Shown: positions 31,504-41,635 of the stretch, one piece after another
Layout of the letters: every line of letters begins with the position of its first letter
Position numbering within the stretch: position 1 is the stretch's first letter
Assembly: GCA_007376395.1 (NCBI GenBank)
Contig: VMGE01000005.1
Location: 2,821 to 66,820 of the forward strand
Direction: 5' to 3'
Source: Microgenomates group bacterium Gr01-1014_5
Lineage (GTDB): Bacteria; Patescibacteriota; Microgenomatia; UBA8517; UBA10165
DNA length: 64,000 nt
The notes under the pieces: generated by a model
Told to the model about the DNA's origin: nothing
Database searches by the model: none
What the model saw: the letters and a program-made list of their open reading frames with translations, nothing else
Program-made: the position numbers and the translations under genes

Positions 31504-32018
31504 TATTTACTACGGGAAACAATGTCCAATCCACCTAAAATAATCAAAGACATAGGCAGCCAAAGAAGAATATCTATCCTATCGAAGTTTTCCAATAATG
31601 TCAGGTATACCAAAGACGGAATAGCAATTTGAAGAATTAGTTTTTTGTGTTTTAGTCTATTGAAGAAATATAAACCGGCAAGAAAAAAGATAATACTAAC
31701 AAAAGGAAATTTTTTTAAATTTTGGTTGCCGATGATTTGTCTTGGATGAAAACCAAAAAAATAGTTGTTTAAGTCGGTTAAAGCCAGCAAGTTGTAGCTC
31801 GCTTTATCTAAATATATCCTAGCCTTGTTTTGATAAACACGGGCAAGGAATACCGTAGGATATAAATTAATTTTTTCTAAGATCCTTTGTTCGGCTTGGT
31901 AATCTTGCTGAAAAATTGTTTTGGTAAAATTTTCCAAAGGAAAACTCTGCTTTCCGCTATTAAGAAAAAGATTTAATGGCCAAAAGGCCAAGATTACAAA
32001 AGCAATTAATTTTTTCAT
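31428..32018 (-). CDS. hypothetical membrane protein
   Basis: 196 aa ORF with N-terminal signal/TM and 2-3 TM helices; overlaps upstream gene by 76 nt. Confidence 0.4.
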   Translation of the reverse strand: MKKLIAFVILAFWPLNLFLNSGKQSFPLENFTKTIFQQDYQAEQRILEKINLYPTVFLARVYQNKARIYLDKASYNLLALTDLNNYFFGFHPRQIIGNQNLKKFPFVSIIFFLAGLYFFNRLKHKKLILQIAIPSLVYLTLLENFDRIDILLWLPMSLIILGGLDIVSRSKYWKYTASAFWIFTVPQLLRIFLGYQ

Positions 32019-33445
32019 TAATTTAATTTAGCTGTTATCTCGAAACGTGTACTTGTGTCGGGCGGATTGCCCATATCTTCATAGTAAACTGTAATCGTCG
32101 GGTCTTGATAGTACAATCTTAGAGCATCCTCCCTATTCAAAATTATTGACGCCTGTTTAGACGTTCCTCCCCAATCTTTGGCTACAAACGGGTAATTCGG
32201 ATCGTTTTTTATGTAAAACACAGCTCCTTTTGGCAAAGTTGGATACTGGGCAGATATCTGGCCAATTAGTTTTTCGGCCAACCTTCCGCGGGTTGCCGCC
32301 CAATAAGTGCTATCACCCAGGGTAACCGACGTGGTGTTTAGTATAAACAAGGCCGCTACTAAAAAAGCCACCATGACTCTAGCAGGTAGATTTTTTGTGT
32401 TTTCTGCAAACTTAAACACAAGATAACTTACAAGTATTGAAAATGCTGCTAAAACTGGATAAAGATAATATGTTGACTTATGCCACGGGAGGACAGCAAC
32501 AGGCAACAATCCTGCAACAAACCATATAATAAGCAGGAATACTTTTTTGTTAAGCAGAATTTGTCTCTTCTTGAAAAATAAACTAGAAGTTGCATATAGA
32601 AGTCCGAACAAAGCTACAAAAAAAGCAGAAAAAATAATTTTATAATAATCTCCCCAATAGCGCATGAGACTCGGGTTTAATTTTAACCCTGAACGCACAA
32701 AGTCGATTAACATCTCCGGCAAACCCAAAGCCCAGCCGGTATACCAAGCGTAAGTATTGATTAGTTTAGGCAATGAAATTACTGCTTGATATTGCACCTC
32801 CTCTTTCGAAAATCCGATTATTGTAAATTCTAAATATAGGTAAATAAAAGTTAGTACGACAAACGGTAGGGCGCGGCGCCAGTTCATTACAATCAAGAGC
32901 AAGGGCACAACCACAGCAAGTTCGTGTGAAGCTAAGACAACGAGAAAAGTAAGAAATGCCCAGCGTGTGTGTTTTTCGTAAAAGAGCAATGTCAAAAGGA
33001 TAAAAACTGTTGCCCCGAGTACTTGAACCCCTCCTGTTAAATAATAAAGCGTCGCTACATTCGCCGCCGAAATACCAAACAACAACGCCGCAAAACCGGA
33101 AATCCTTTTGTCTCCTAACCATTTCTGGGTGAAAGTGTAGACCAAAACGATGTTGGTAAAATGCAGTGCTAGCTGAAAAACGCGGTAAGGAAGTTGGTTT
33201 AATCCAAAGATTGAATAAAAGATGTTAAAAAATGCTTCGCGGAATACAGGGCGGTAAAAAGCTATCCCTCGCTCCTCAAACGGATAAAAACCAAATAAGC
33301 CTAAAAAGCCGCGGACTGTCCCGTCAGTTTGGCTAATTGTAATATGAAAAAAATCGTCTTGGGAAAAATAGACCCCTAAAATTTTATAGTAAAAAAAGAG
33401 GACTAAAACAAAAATCGGTAGAAGAAACTTAAGGCTCGCCAACAC
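32018..33445 (-). CDS. polytopic membrane protein, possible GT-C-like glycosyltransferase (unassigned family)
   Basis: 475 aa, ~12 TM, first gene of the long minus-strand array. Confidence 0.45.
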   Translation of the reverse strand: MLASLKFLLPIFVLVLFFYYKILGVYFSQDDFFHITISQTDGTVRGFLGLFGFYPFEERGIAFYRPVFREAFFNIFYSIFGLNQLPYRVFQLALHFTNIVLVYTFTQKWLGDKRISGFAALLFGISAANVATLYYLTGGVQVLGATVFILLTLLFYEKHTRWAFLTFLVVLASHELAVVVPLLLIVMNWRRALPFVVLTFIYLYLEFTIIGFSKEEVQYQAVISLPKLINTYAWYTGWALGLPEMLIDFVRSGLKLNPSLMRYWGDYYKIIFSAFFVALFGLLYATSSLFFKKRQILLNKKVFLLIIWFVAGLLPVAVLPWHKSTYYLYPVLAAFSILVSYLVFKFAENTKNLPARVMVAFLVAALFILNTTSVTLGDSTYWAATRGRLAEKLIGQISAQYPTLPKGAVFYIKNDPNYPFVAKDWGGTSKQASIILNREDALRLYYQDPTITVYYEDMGNPPDTSTRFEITAKLN

Positions 33446-33494
33446 AATACTATTCTACCAAAAGCAGAAACTCGTGTGGTAAAATTATCCTGCC

Positions 33495-34472
33495 TTGCGT
33501 AAATTTTCCCATTTTTCAGGTTTTGCTGATCTTGCAATAATCTTTGTTGTCATCATCGTCGTTGCGGTAACAGGCTTCATTGTAACCAAAAACAGAAAAC
33601 AAACTCAAAACCTCATACCGGTTGAGGTTTCACCCACATCTTCGACCCAACCAGATGCAACCCCAACCCCAGAAGCCTCTCCTTCTGCTCAGCCCTCACC
33701 GTCAGTCTCACCCTCTACGATACTCAGTCCTTTACCATCTCCTAAACCAACTCCTTCTCCTGTTGCGGCAGTGTCAGGTCCTCCAGGTAGTGGTTATTCT
33801 AGGGTTACAGTTAAAACAGAGCGGGGTAATTTTACAGCCAGTGTGGTTTCAATCGACATGGCAGGAGTGCGTATGGTTACAGACACGGGTAATGAGGATA
33901 ATTGCACGACGGATTGTCCTGTTCGTTCGCTTGCAGATTATGTAAGCAGTAACGGAGGATTTGCAGGAATTAATGGAAGTTATTTTTGTCCCGAAACTTA
34001 CCCTGATTGCGCTGACAAGAAGAATTCGTTTGACTTTCCTGTATACAATTCCCGTCTTGCGAAATGGATTAATAACGACAAACTTTTCTGGAATAGCCGT
34101 TCAATGATTTATTACGACGGAGGCATCATGCATTTTCAGCGCGATGCGAACTCGTTTGGAGGAAGTTTATCAGCAGGAGTGGTCAACTACCCTGGTTTAC
34201 TTGACGGCGGAAATGTAATTGTTGACGAAGGAAGTCTATCCGAAAAACAAGCAGCTAAGGGTACAAAGGGTGGAATTGGAATCCGTGGAAACATTGTTTA
34301 CTTAATTATTGCCTCGGGTGTTAACATGGCCGATTTCGCCCATGTTTTCAAAAGTTTAGGAGCAGACTCGGCAATGAATTTAGACGGCGGCGGCTCGTCA
34401 GCACTCTGGTTCGGAGGATATAAAGTAGGGCCTGGAAGAGCATTGCCGAATGCAATTATTTTCGCTAGATAA
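33495..34472 (+). CDS. phosphodiester glycosidase family protein (NAGPA-like domain) with N-terminal membrane anchor and P/S/T-rich linker; TTG start
   Basis: C-terminal MNLDGGGSSALWFGG...GRALPNAIIF plus GIGIRGNIVYLIIASG, typical of PF09992-type phosphodiester glycosidases. Confidence 0.65.
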   Translation: MRKFSHFSGFADLAIIFVVIIVVAVTGFIVTKNRKQTQNLIPVEVSPTSSTQPDATPTPEASPSAQPSPSVSPSTILSPLPSPKPTPSPVAAVSGPPGSGYSRVTVKTERGNFTASVVSIDMAGVRMVTDTGNEDNCTTDCPVRSLADYVSSNGGFAGINGSYFCPETYPDCADKKNSFDFPVYNSRLAKWINNDKLFWNSRSMIYYDGGIMHFQRDANSFGGSLSAGVVNYPGLLDGGNVIVDEGSLSEKQAAKGTKGGIGIRGNIVYLIIASGVNMADFAHVFKSLGADSAMNLDGGGSSALWFGGYKVGPGRALPNAIIFAR

Positions 34473-34478
34473 TCTAAA

Positions 34479-34808
34479 TTAAACTTTTCTCCAAGCCAGT
34501 ATTACGTCTTTAATACATTGATTCCCGGCATCATCTTTGAAAATATATCCAATTTCTCCATTTTCAAGAATTACTGGACGATGAAATTCAAGACTAATCA
34601 TGTCTGTCCCTGTATTAATTTCAACCATATCTCCGGTGTTTACAGCACCGTTAAAAAAAGCACTTCTAAGAGATTTAGTTCCATCCCCGCGGCTGCGAAT
34701 ATTTCTACCGTCTCTCCATTCGTCAAATATTGGTAATCTCGGCGTTGATGAATCTTTGCCAGAAATTAACGAACTTATACGACTGATTGTTTCTCTAAAA
34801 AAAGACAT
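34479..34808 (-). CDS. hypothetical small protein
   Basis: 109 aa ORF convergent with 33495..34472; no recognisable motifs. Confidence 0.35.
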   Translation of the reverse strand: MSFFRETISRISSLISGKDSSTPRLPIFDEWRDGRNIRSRGDGTKSLRSAFFNGAVNTGDMVEINTGTDMISLEFHRPVILENGEIGYIFKDDAGNQCIKDVILAWRKV

Positions 34809-34897
34809 AGAAATCTCTAACGTAATGTATTGAGGATTTACAGCTTAACCTACAGGCTAAGCACGTGTCAACCCCGTAGAAGTTTACACCAACAAAA

Positions 34898-34922
34898 CCG
34901 TGCCTGAAATAATTCAGGCCAC
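34898..34922 (-). terminator. putative rho-independent terminator for 34927..36693
   Basis: 7-bp stem gcctgaa/ttcaggc with 4-nt loop, followed on minus strand by acggttttgtt. Confidence 0.4.
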
Positions 34923-34926
34923 ACTT

Positions 34927-36693
34927 TTAACGGGGCCAACCTTTAAGTTTCTTGCGCCAGAGAGGAGCCGTAAAAAGAAGTAGCCATGAAACCGCAGAAA
35001 TAGAATTTCCTGCAGAGCGCACAGGTGTATTTTCAAGCTTCAGAACTACTTGGTGCTCTCCACGGGTCAAATCAATATGCATTCTTCCCCACGTATCACT
35101 TCCTACATAATTTTCTTTTTCCTGTCCATTAACAAACACTTTCCACCCAGGATATTGAAAAATACCGATCTCTATTTGTGCTGTTTCACTTTCTACAGTT
35201 GCCTTAAAACTTGCCTTGTTTGTTTTTTGCACAGGATTTGAGATTGTTGCTTTACCGCTAATTACTAAGGCCAGTTCTTTCTGCGGAGCCTTGGGGGCAG
35301 TACTTGCCCCAACCGGTAGATAGTCATAAATTCCCGCGGTTTGTTGCATATCCCACGCCACGCCGGAAAATTTTTGCTGGTCAGTTATCGGTCCTATTTC
35401 TTCCGGCTGAAAATATCCAAAATTGAACCCCACAACCGCCCCAATTAGCAAGAATGCTGCCATTTTTGCTTTTTCTCTGATTAATAATGCTGGTAGTGCT
35501 CCAACCACAAAAGAAAAACATAAAATTGTTAGGGTCAAAAATCTCCAGGGAAACTGTACAAATTTAAGGAATCGATCAAATTCAAGCCAAATGAATGTCG
35601 ATTTATTGTGTGTCATAAAAGCGGCAAACCAGCCTGCCGTAAAAAAGAAGGTTGTAAGAAAAAGTACGCTGTCTATTTTTTTTGTTTTATAGTATCTCCA
35701 AACTGCAAGCCCTACAACGACTATCGGCAACATCCAATGCAGTTGTCCAATCTGGAATGACATTTTGTCGTCAGCATCCATCCAAACGGAAGCTCCGTAT
35801 CCCCAGAATCGAGAAAACAGAACTTGACTGACCGTTGTAAAATGGGCAATATATTCATAATAACCAACCACCAACGTCTCTACGTGTACAAACTTTTGCT
35901 CTAAGAAAACGGGTAAAGTAAAAAATGCGGCTAACCCAAAAGCCCACACTCCCGAAATCGCCAGTTGCGGTATAGTAGACCAGGATTTAAAACGAACAAG
36001 CCAGAACAAAACCCAACAAGCTACAAGAGGGGTAAAGATTAAAACCATAAGATTGTGCGACGTAAGCAGTGCAGTGAAGGAAAGCGCGAGAATTACCGTA
36101 TGCCGAAAACGTCCCTTCAAAACTAAATTGTAAGACGACCAAAGAATCAGCGGAAACCAAATAAGCGCCCAGGCTTCATTCATTGCCCCCCGCACGAAAA
36201 TATCAAGCGAATGGTAGGGTGCCCAGATATAAAAAGCCGCTGACAAAAGGCCGCCAAGTCTGCCCCAAAAAGTTTTGGCCCAGAGATACATCGTAAGTCC
36301 AGACAAAACAAAAGATGTTAGAAACGTTAATTTGACTGTATCAACAAAAGAAAGTCCTACAAGACGGAAAATCTCTCCTACTAGATAGGGCAACGGGGGG
36401 TAATAATTAAACAAGGGGAAGCCAAACCCATATCCCATGTGCGGCGTCCAGCGACAAGGAATCTGCCAGTCCCTAAAACACTCCTCCATCGCTAACTGGC
36501 GCATCATTTGGAGATCATCATGCATATTGAAATAGCCAGGAATTAAGAGGTATCTTCCAGCAAGAAGTGCTAAGAATACTATACCCACCACAAAGAGAAA
36601 GTCTGGTTTTCTAATAAGGTTTTTTAATTTCTCCAAGAAGTTTTTACTTTTTATTGACGTCTTGTTTTTCTTGTTCTTCTTTTGCTTTGGCAT
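34927..36693 (-). CDS. large polytopic membrane protein with C-terminal extracytoplasmic domain (possible GT-C/YfhO-like)
   Basis: 588 aa; Lys-rich N-terminus then ~12 TM; C-terminal soluble ~150 aa. Confidence 0.45.
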   Translation of the reverse strand: MPKQKKNKKNKTSIKSKNFLEKLKNLIRKPDFLFVVGIVFLALLAGRYLLIPGYFNMHDDLQMMRQLAMEECFRDWQIPCRWTPHMGYGFGFPLFNYYPPLPYLVGEIFRLVGLSFVDTVKLTFLTSFVLSGLTMYLWAKTFWGRLGGLLSAAFYIWAPYHSLDIFVRGAMNEAWALIWFPLILWSSYNLVLKGRFRHTVILALSFTALLTSHNLMVLIFTPLVACWVLFWLVRFKSWSTIPQLAISGVWAFGLAAFFTLPVFLEQKFVHVETLVVGYYEYIAHFTTVSQVLFSRFWGYGASVWMDADDKMSFQIGQLHWMLPIVVVGLAVWRYYKTKKIDSVLFLTTFFFTAGWFAAFMTHNKSTFIWLEFDRFLKFVQFPWRFLTLTILCFSFVVGALPALLIREKAKMAAFLLIGAVVGFNFGYFQPEEIGPITDQQKFSGVAWDMQQTAGIYDYLPVGASTAPKAPQKELALVISGKATISNPVQKTNKASFKATVESETAQIEIGIFQYPGWKVFVNGQEKENYVGSDTWGRMHIDLTRGEHQVVLKLENTPVRSAGNSISAVSWLLLFTAPLWRKKLKGWPR

Positions 36694-38230
36694 CGTCTCT
36701 AATTTGCACTGACTTTTCAGTGACTTCCAATAATAGCAAACTTTCTACCTTGCCGTTGGGCTGTTCGGCTTTAGGATAACTTGCCAATATATTGTAGCCG
36801 AGTTTTTCAGGTTCTATTTCCATACGAGAAGTATTAGCAACAAGATAAACCTTATTCCCCGCTTTCTTTGCTTCATAGAGAGGATCATTTACAACTGAAA
36901 TCGAAAGCCCGACACCTGTAACCACAACTTTTGGAATGTCGGCAACATAAATCATTAATCCGTCGGGGAGTGTTCCGAAATACCCTTCTGTACCAACAAC
37001 AATTTGCGTATTCGGATCTTTCTCGTGTTCTGCTTTTATAAACTGAGCTACTTCTCTAATCCCGGTTCCGGAGGTCCACAATTCTAAATAACCTGAACGT
37101 TCAACGCGAGGCAAAGGCGCTTTTTGAGGAGTTGTTAAAAACAGATAATCAACGTACAAGGAAGGGAGGGATACAAGAGCTATAACTGCCCAAAATGTTT
37201 TTGTTTTTAATTTAACTGAAGTAATTCCCAAAGCGGCTAAGATGAAAAGTGGAGGAATGGTAAATAGAAGATATCTGGCAGTAAAAACCTTTGCGTATTC
37301 TGCTTGAATTATAAGGGGAACCAATAGCCAGGCAAGAAGGGGTAAAAAAACTCTCCAGTGTTTTTTCCAACCTAAAATAATCGCCACAGCTGCTGCCAAG
37401 AGCGAAGTCATGGGAACCAATACCCAAAACCACTCAATTATTTCTTTTACATGGAATTGCAAGGGATCCCAAGGGTTGGTCAAAGCATGGGAAAGGGGAA
37501 ATATATAATCTTTATTGCGTAAACTAATCATATGGAACTCAGGTCCAAGCCTGAGAATATTGTATAAACCGTAACTAATAACTCCAACTACAATCCAAAG
37601 TCCAGCAAGTTTTATGAAAGTTAAACTGACGAGCCGTTTTGGAAGATTAGCTAAAAAAATTGTTGCCGGTAGAAGAATTAAGAAAAAAACTCCCGGTGAC
37701 TTGGTTAAGAGAGCTCCTCCCAAAGCAAACCCTGCCAACATGGCTGTGTCCAGTCTAAGATATTTTGCTGTTAAAACAGCAAAAACCATTGACCAGACAC
37801 CAAACATTGATAACATGGCGTCAGCCAGCGCCATGCGTTCAAAAAAGACAGCAAATGGAGAAATTGCATACAAAAAACCGGCTAATAGAGTAGTTTTCCA
37901 AGATTTAAAAAGAATATGAGTTAGCGCGGAAATTCCAATAACACTCCCCATTCCGCAAAGCACTGATACCATGCGCCCAGCAATTAACGGGTCTTCGAAA
38001 ATTTTCAAAAAAGGGATAACAGACCACATAAACAAAGGTTGTTTCCCGTCAGATAAAGGAAGAAAACGCAGTGCAGAGACAGCTCTCATTACCTGCGACC
38101 AGCGGATATAAATTGCTTCGTCTACAAAAATAGGAATCGAGAGAAGGTTGTAAATACGAAGAAATAGCGCAACGCCTAAGATTGCTATCCCGCAGAACAA
38201 AATTTGATATTTGAAATTTGAAATTTTCAT
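36644..38230 (-). CDS. GT39/ArnT-like (PMT_2) GT-C membrane glycosyltransferase, paralog A8
   Basis: IPIFVDEAIYIRWSQVM matches DE-x-x-Y-x-x-x-x-x-M loop of ArnT/PMT family. Confidence 0.65.
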   Translation of the reverse strand: MKISNFKYQILFCGIAILGVALFLRIYNLLSIPIFVDEAIYIRWSQVMRAVSALRFLPLSDGKQPLFMWSVIPFLKIFEDPLIAGRMVSVLCGMGSVIGISALTHILFKSWKTTLLAGFLYAISPFAVFFERMALADAMLSMFGVWSMVFAVLTAKYLRLDTAMLAGFALGGALLTKSPGVFFLILLPATIFLANLPKRLVSLTFIKLAGLWIVVGVISYGLYNILRLGPEFHMISLRNKDYIFPLSHALTNPWDPLQFHVKEIIEWFWVLVPMTSLLAAAVAIILGWKKHWRVFLPLLAWLLVPLIIQAEYAKVFTARYLLFTIPPLFILAALGITSVKLKTKTFWAVIALVSLPSLYVDYLFLTTPQKAPLPRVERSGYLELWTSGTGIREVAQFIKAEHEKDPNTQIVVGTEGYFGTLPDGLMIYVADIPKVVVTGVGLSISVVNDPLYEAKKAGNKVYLVANTSRMEIEPEKLGYNILASYPKAEQPNGKVESLLLLEVTEKSVQIRDDAKAKEEQEKQDVNKK

Positions 38231-39051
38231 TGTTTGTAGTCCCCTTTTACCGCGTGCCAGCGGATACGTAAAATATCTTTTATACTATCTATTCCATCAC
38301 GGATTGCACTCACCCTTTGGGAACCCTGGTAATTCCACTCAACTGGAACTTCTTTTATCTTATAACCCCTTTTGCGGGCAACATATAAAAGTTCTAAATC
38401 AAAACCCGCTTTTACCGCAGGTTGACGAATAAGCCCAGATTGGCCAAAAATAATTAAGTTATGAAAAATATCTTGCGCTGCTTTTCTTGTAAATGCTTTG
38501 AAACCTGCCTGTGTATCCTTTAACGGCAAGCGTAAAAATACCGTCCGCAAAATAACAAATCCTGTCGCCATTAGCTTTCTTATTACCGGAGCTCCTTTTC
38601 TTCCGCTCCTTGTGCCAATAACAATATCAAAACTCTGCCTGCCGACAGGCAGACCTGCTCCTATCCAAGGCAAAAACTTTTCTAGTTGGTTAATTGGAGT
38701 CGCCTGATCCATATCTGTAAAAAGCACCACGTCACCTTTTCCTGCAAGCATCCCGGTAATTACAGTCGCGGCTTTGCCTTGGTGAGGGTTTTTAATTAAC
38801 CTAATTCTCTTTTCTTTTTTTGTAAAAACCGAGAGTAGGTCAGTGGTTTTGTCGGACGAGCCATCATCAACAAAAATCACTTCCCAAGAATATTTTTGTT
38901 TTTTTAAATAATTTACAACTTTATCAGGAGCACCTTTTTTAATATTTTCTTCTTCGTTGTAAGCTGGAATAACAACAGATAAATACATATAATTATTTAA
39001 TTCTAACCCTCTCTTCAGCAGTAATACCACTGAACTGGGCAGTTTTTTCAA
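38227..39051 (-). CDS. GT2 polyprenol-phosphate glycosyltransferase (GtrB/ArnC-like)
   Basis: LSVVIPAYNEEENI...VIFVDDGSSDKT...FTDMDQATP. Confidence 0.8.
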   Translation of the reverse strand: MKKLPSSVVLLLKRGLELNNYMYLSVVIPAYNEEENIKKGAPDKVVNYLKKQKYSWEVIFVDDGSSDKTTDLLSVFTKKEKRIRLIKNPHQGKAATVITGMLAGKGDVVLFTDMDQATPINQLEKFLPWIGAGLPVGRQSFDIVIGTRSGRKGAPVIRKLMATGFVILRTVFLRLPLKDTQAGFKAFTRKAAQDIFHNLIIFGQSGLIRQPAVKAGFDLELLYVARKRGYKIKEVPVEWNYQGSQRVSAIRDGIDSIKDILRIRWHAVKGDYKQ

Positions 39052-40501
39052 CTATCCCAATACCTTTCTGGCGGGCAAGCCAAGCTTCAAGTCTCTCCGG
39101 ATGAGGAGGGTCAACTTCATACAAAGTATAAAGTAAGGGAACTTGCGAGTCGAGCTTTTGATTGCACAAACTCTGTCCGCATCTCATATCTCCCTGCCAC
39201 AAGAAAAGATAATCGTAAGCGTGGGGAATAACCGGCGGGACATAAACATCGACATTAAACTCCCGTCCGGAACTCATGCGATATACCCAATCAACCGCTT
39301 GCAGTTGGTTACGAAACATTATGGTGTTTGGTCCGTCTGCCCCTGACGTTATATACGACTTTGTGATATAAAAATTATCTACTATAAAAGCTGAAAGGAA
39401 AATTAAAAGAAATGCTTTTCCCAATCTCTTTTTGGCGAACTCAGCTAAAACCACTGCAACCAATAAAACAAAAACAAAATAATATCCTGTAAAGTAATAG
39501 TCATAAACATTCCCATTATTACCCTGGAAAAAAAACATTCCAATCATAGGAGCAAAGAGTAAAATTATAATTGGTTGAAGTTTCTTGTTAGTAATAAATC
39601 TCCTTGCAAAAAGTACGAAAAGTCCAATCAGCGAAACAGTAGCGAGCGTTCTTAGATTTTTACTAATAACAAATAACTTTGAGAAAAATACGCCTTCATA
39701 AAACGATATGCGGGTTTTGATAATTTCCCCAAACGAGGCAGTAAAACTTCCCTCTTTTGTCAAAAATTTATATATCTCTCCTCTTAAAATCCCTTCATGG
39801 CGGAGGTCAAAAATAATTTGCGGCAAAAAGGAAACAAGGATTACAGCCAGAGACCAAAACCAAATTTTAATATTTGGCAAATGATCTTTGTTTAAAAATG
39901 CAAAAAGAGCAACTGACGGAAAATAAAACACTTCTGCCGCACTACCAAACTGCATTGCCATTCCAAGCATGCTTCCCGTCAATATCCACGCCCACTTTTT
40001 ACCCTCCTGAATCCATATCAAAGAAAGTACCAAAAGCATACTTATTAAATACATTGGCGTTGGATTAGAAAGCCAACGGGCAGAAAGCATGAAATGAAAC
40101 GAAAAGAGACACAACATAACCGCTACAACACCTGCGGTTCTGCTGTGAATTTTTAAGCCTGCGACATAAGCCAAAAGCGCGGCCATTACTGTCGTCAATG
40201 CAAGAAAAACTGCAGGCCAAACAGGATTACCTTGACCTAAAAAATAAAATGGAGAAATTAACCAGTAATACCAAGGGCCCCTAAAGATTCCCTCAATGCC
40301 AGTTGTTGGGCCGATTAAAAAAACACGTCCGTTATGTAAAAAATCCCAAATAATTTTGGCATCTCTACCTTGGTCATAATAAAAACCCAATAATATATTC
40401 GTCCGATAAACCCTAATAAACGCGCCAGTAATCAGCAGAATTGTTAAAAACAAATACGTTTTTGGATACGTTCCAATTTCCTTTTTAAGAGTTTTCCACA
40501 T
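38993..40501 (-). CDS. ArnT-like GT-C membrane glycosyltransferase, paralog B3
   Basis: FYYDQGRDAKIIWDFL motif. Confidence 0.6.
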   Translation of the reverse strand: MWKTLKKEIGTYPKTYLFLTILLITGAFIRVYRTNILLGFYYDQGRDAKIIWDFLHNGRVFLIGPTTGIEGIFRGPWYYWLISPFYFLGQGNPVWPAVFLALTTVMAALLAYVAGLKIHSRTAGVVAVMLCLFSFHFMLSARWLSNPTPMYLISMLLVLSLIWIQEGKKWAWILTGSMLGMAMQFGSAAEVFYFPSVALFAFLNKDHLPNIKIWFWSLAVILVSFLPQIIFDLRHEGILRGEIYKFLTKEGSFTASFGEIIKTRISFYEGVFFSKLFVISKNLRTLATVSLIGLFVLFARRFITNKKLQPIIILLFAPMIGMFFFQGNNGNVYDYYFTGYYFVFVLLVAVVLAEFAKKRLGKAFLLIFLSAFIVDNFYITKSYITSGADGPNTIMFRNQLQAVDWVYRMSSGREFNVDVYVPPVIPHAYDYLFLWQGDMRCGQSLCNQKLDSQVPLLYTLYEVDPPHPERLEAWLARQKGIGIVEKTAQFSGITAEERVRIK

Positions 40502-41630
40502 GCTGTTTGGCTAATACATCGTTTACAACATCGAGTATGGTTCTTACCCCCTCATCAAAACTTTTTCCGTCTAGCATATAACGAAAACCGGCGGCGGCTT
40601 TGTGACCCCCTCCGCCACAAACTTCTGCAATTACCGCTACGTCAAGACTCGAACGCGATCGCAAACTGCCGTCTATGGCAATTTTATCTTGCGTTAGAAG
40701 AAGGCCAAACTCTGTCCCGGAAACAGAACTGAAAAACACCGTTGCCGCTCCCGATTTTGACGATTTATCGATATGAAGCTCCCTCGACCTCGCGGTCGGG
40801 ATATCTTCTCCCCACGCTTCGTCGGGAGCAGAATCCCTCCGAAGCGAAAACTTCTTCGCTTTCATCCGTGGGCTTACGCCCAGGGTATTTCGCGAAGGGG
40901 GATAACCCAGCTCATCTTCGGAAACCGCAGAAAAAGCAAATTTTATGCCGTTTGATTCTTTGATTTCTAAATTTTTTAATATTACTCCCCAATATTTTAG
41001 GGTCGCGAGTTCTGTAGATTGAAACAGATTATAAACAGCTTGTCCGAGTCTTGCTCTTTTTTCTAAAAGCGAACTCGCCACAATGAACGTTTCCGGTGAA
41101 ACAGAAGATTCAAACCGGAAAGAACCGGTGTCTCCTATAATTCCTGTTAGCAAGGAAGTAGCAATACCAGGGCTCATTTGTGCCCCCCATGCTTCTAAAA
41201 GTTTATAAATAATTTCAGATACCGAACCTGTATCAGAATCAATTAAGTTTAATTTTCCATAACCCGTGTTTGTCTTATGGTGATCGATGACAATTACTTG
41301 CTCGTTGTTTGAAAATATAAAACCTTGTTTGTAGGTAAGCATTTCAGGAGACCCTGAATCGAGAATTAAAATTAAATCAAATGCAGATAAATCCTTTTCT
41401 GCTATGTCCTCAATTTTTATTTCCGGGAAACCTTCTAAAAAAGAAAGGTTACGGGAAGGCTCGTCAACCGAAATTAGATCAACTTCTTTACCTAAATCCT
41501 TTAAGTATTGATACAAAGCGAGGTTTGATCCGATACTGTCTGCGTCTGGACCGCGGTGAAGAGTAAGTAAGATTTTTTTACAAGACCTTATCTTCTTTAA
41601 TATCTCTTCTGCCTCTTGGTAAGTCTTCAT
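40485..41630 (-). CDS. nrnA: DHH/DHHA1 phosphoesterase, NrnA-like (oligoribonuclease/pAp phosphatase) with ~55-aa GC-rich insertion in linker
   Basis: DADSIGS, VIDHH, GGGGH motifs; insertion LGYPPSRNTLGVSPRMKAKKFSLRRDSAPDEAWGEDIPTARSRELHIDKSSKS at about 40745..40910. Confidence 0.7.
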   Translation of the reverse strand: MKTYQEAEEILKKIRSCKKILLTLHRGPDADSIGSNLALYQYLKDLGKEVDLISVDEPSRNLSFLEGFPEIKIEDIAEKDLSAFDLILILDSGSPEMLTYKQGFIFSNNEQVIVIDHHKTNTGYGKLNLIDSDTGSVSEIIYKLLEAWGAQMSPGIATSLLTGIIGDTGSFRFESSVSPETFIVASSLLEKRARLGQAVYNLFQSTELATLKYWGVILKNLEIKESNGIKFAFSAVSEDELGYPPSRNTLGVSPRMKAKKFSLRRDSAPDEAWGEDIPTARSRELHIDKSSKSGAATVFFSSVSGTEFGLLLTQDKIAIDGSLRSRSSLDVAVIAEVCGGGGHKAAAGFRYMLDGKSFDEGVRTILDVVNDVLAKQHVENS

Positions 41631-41635
41631 TTTTT

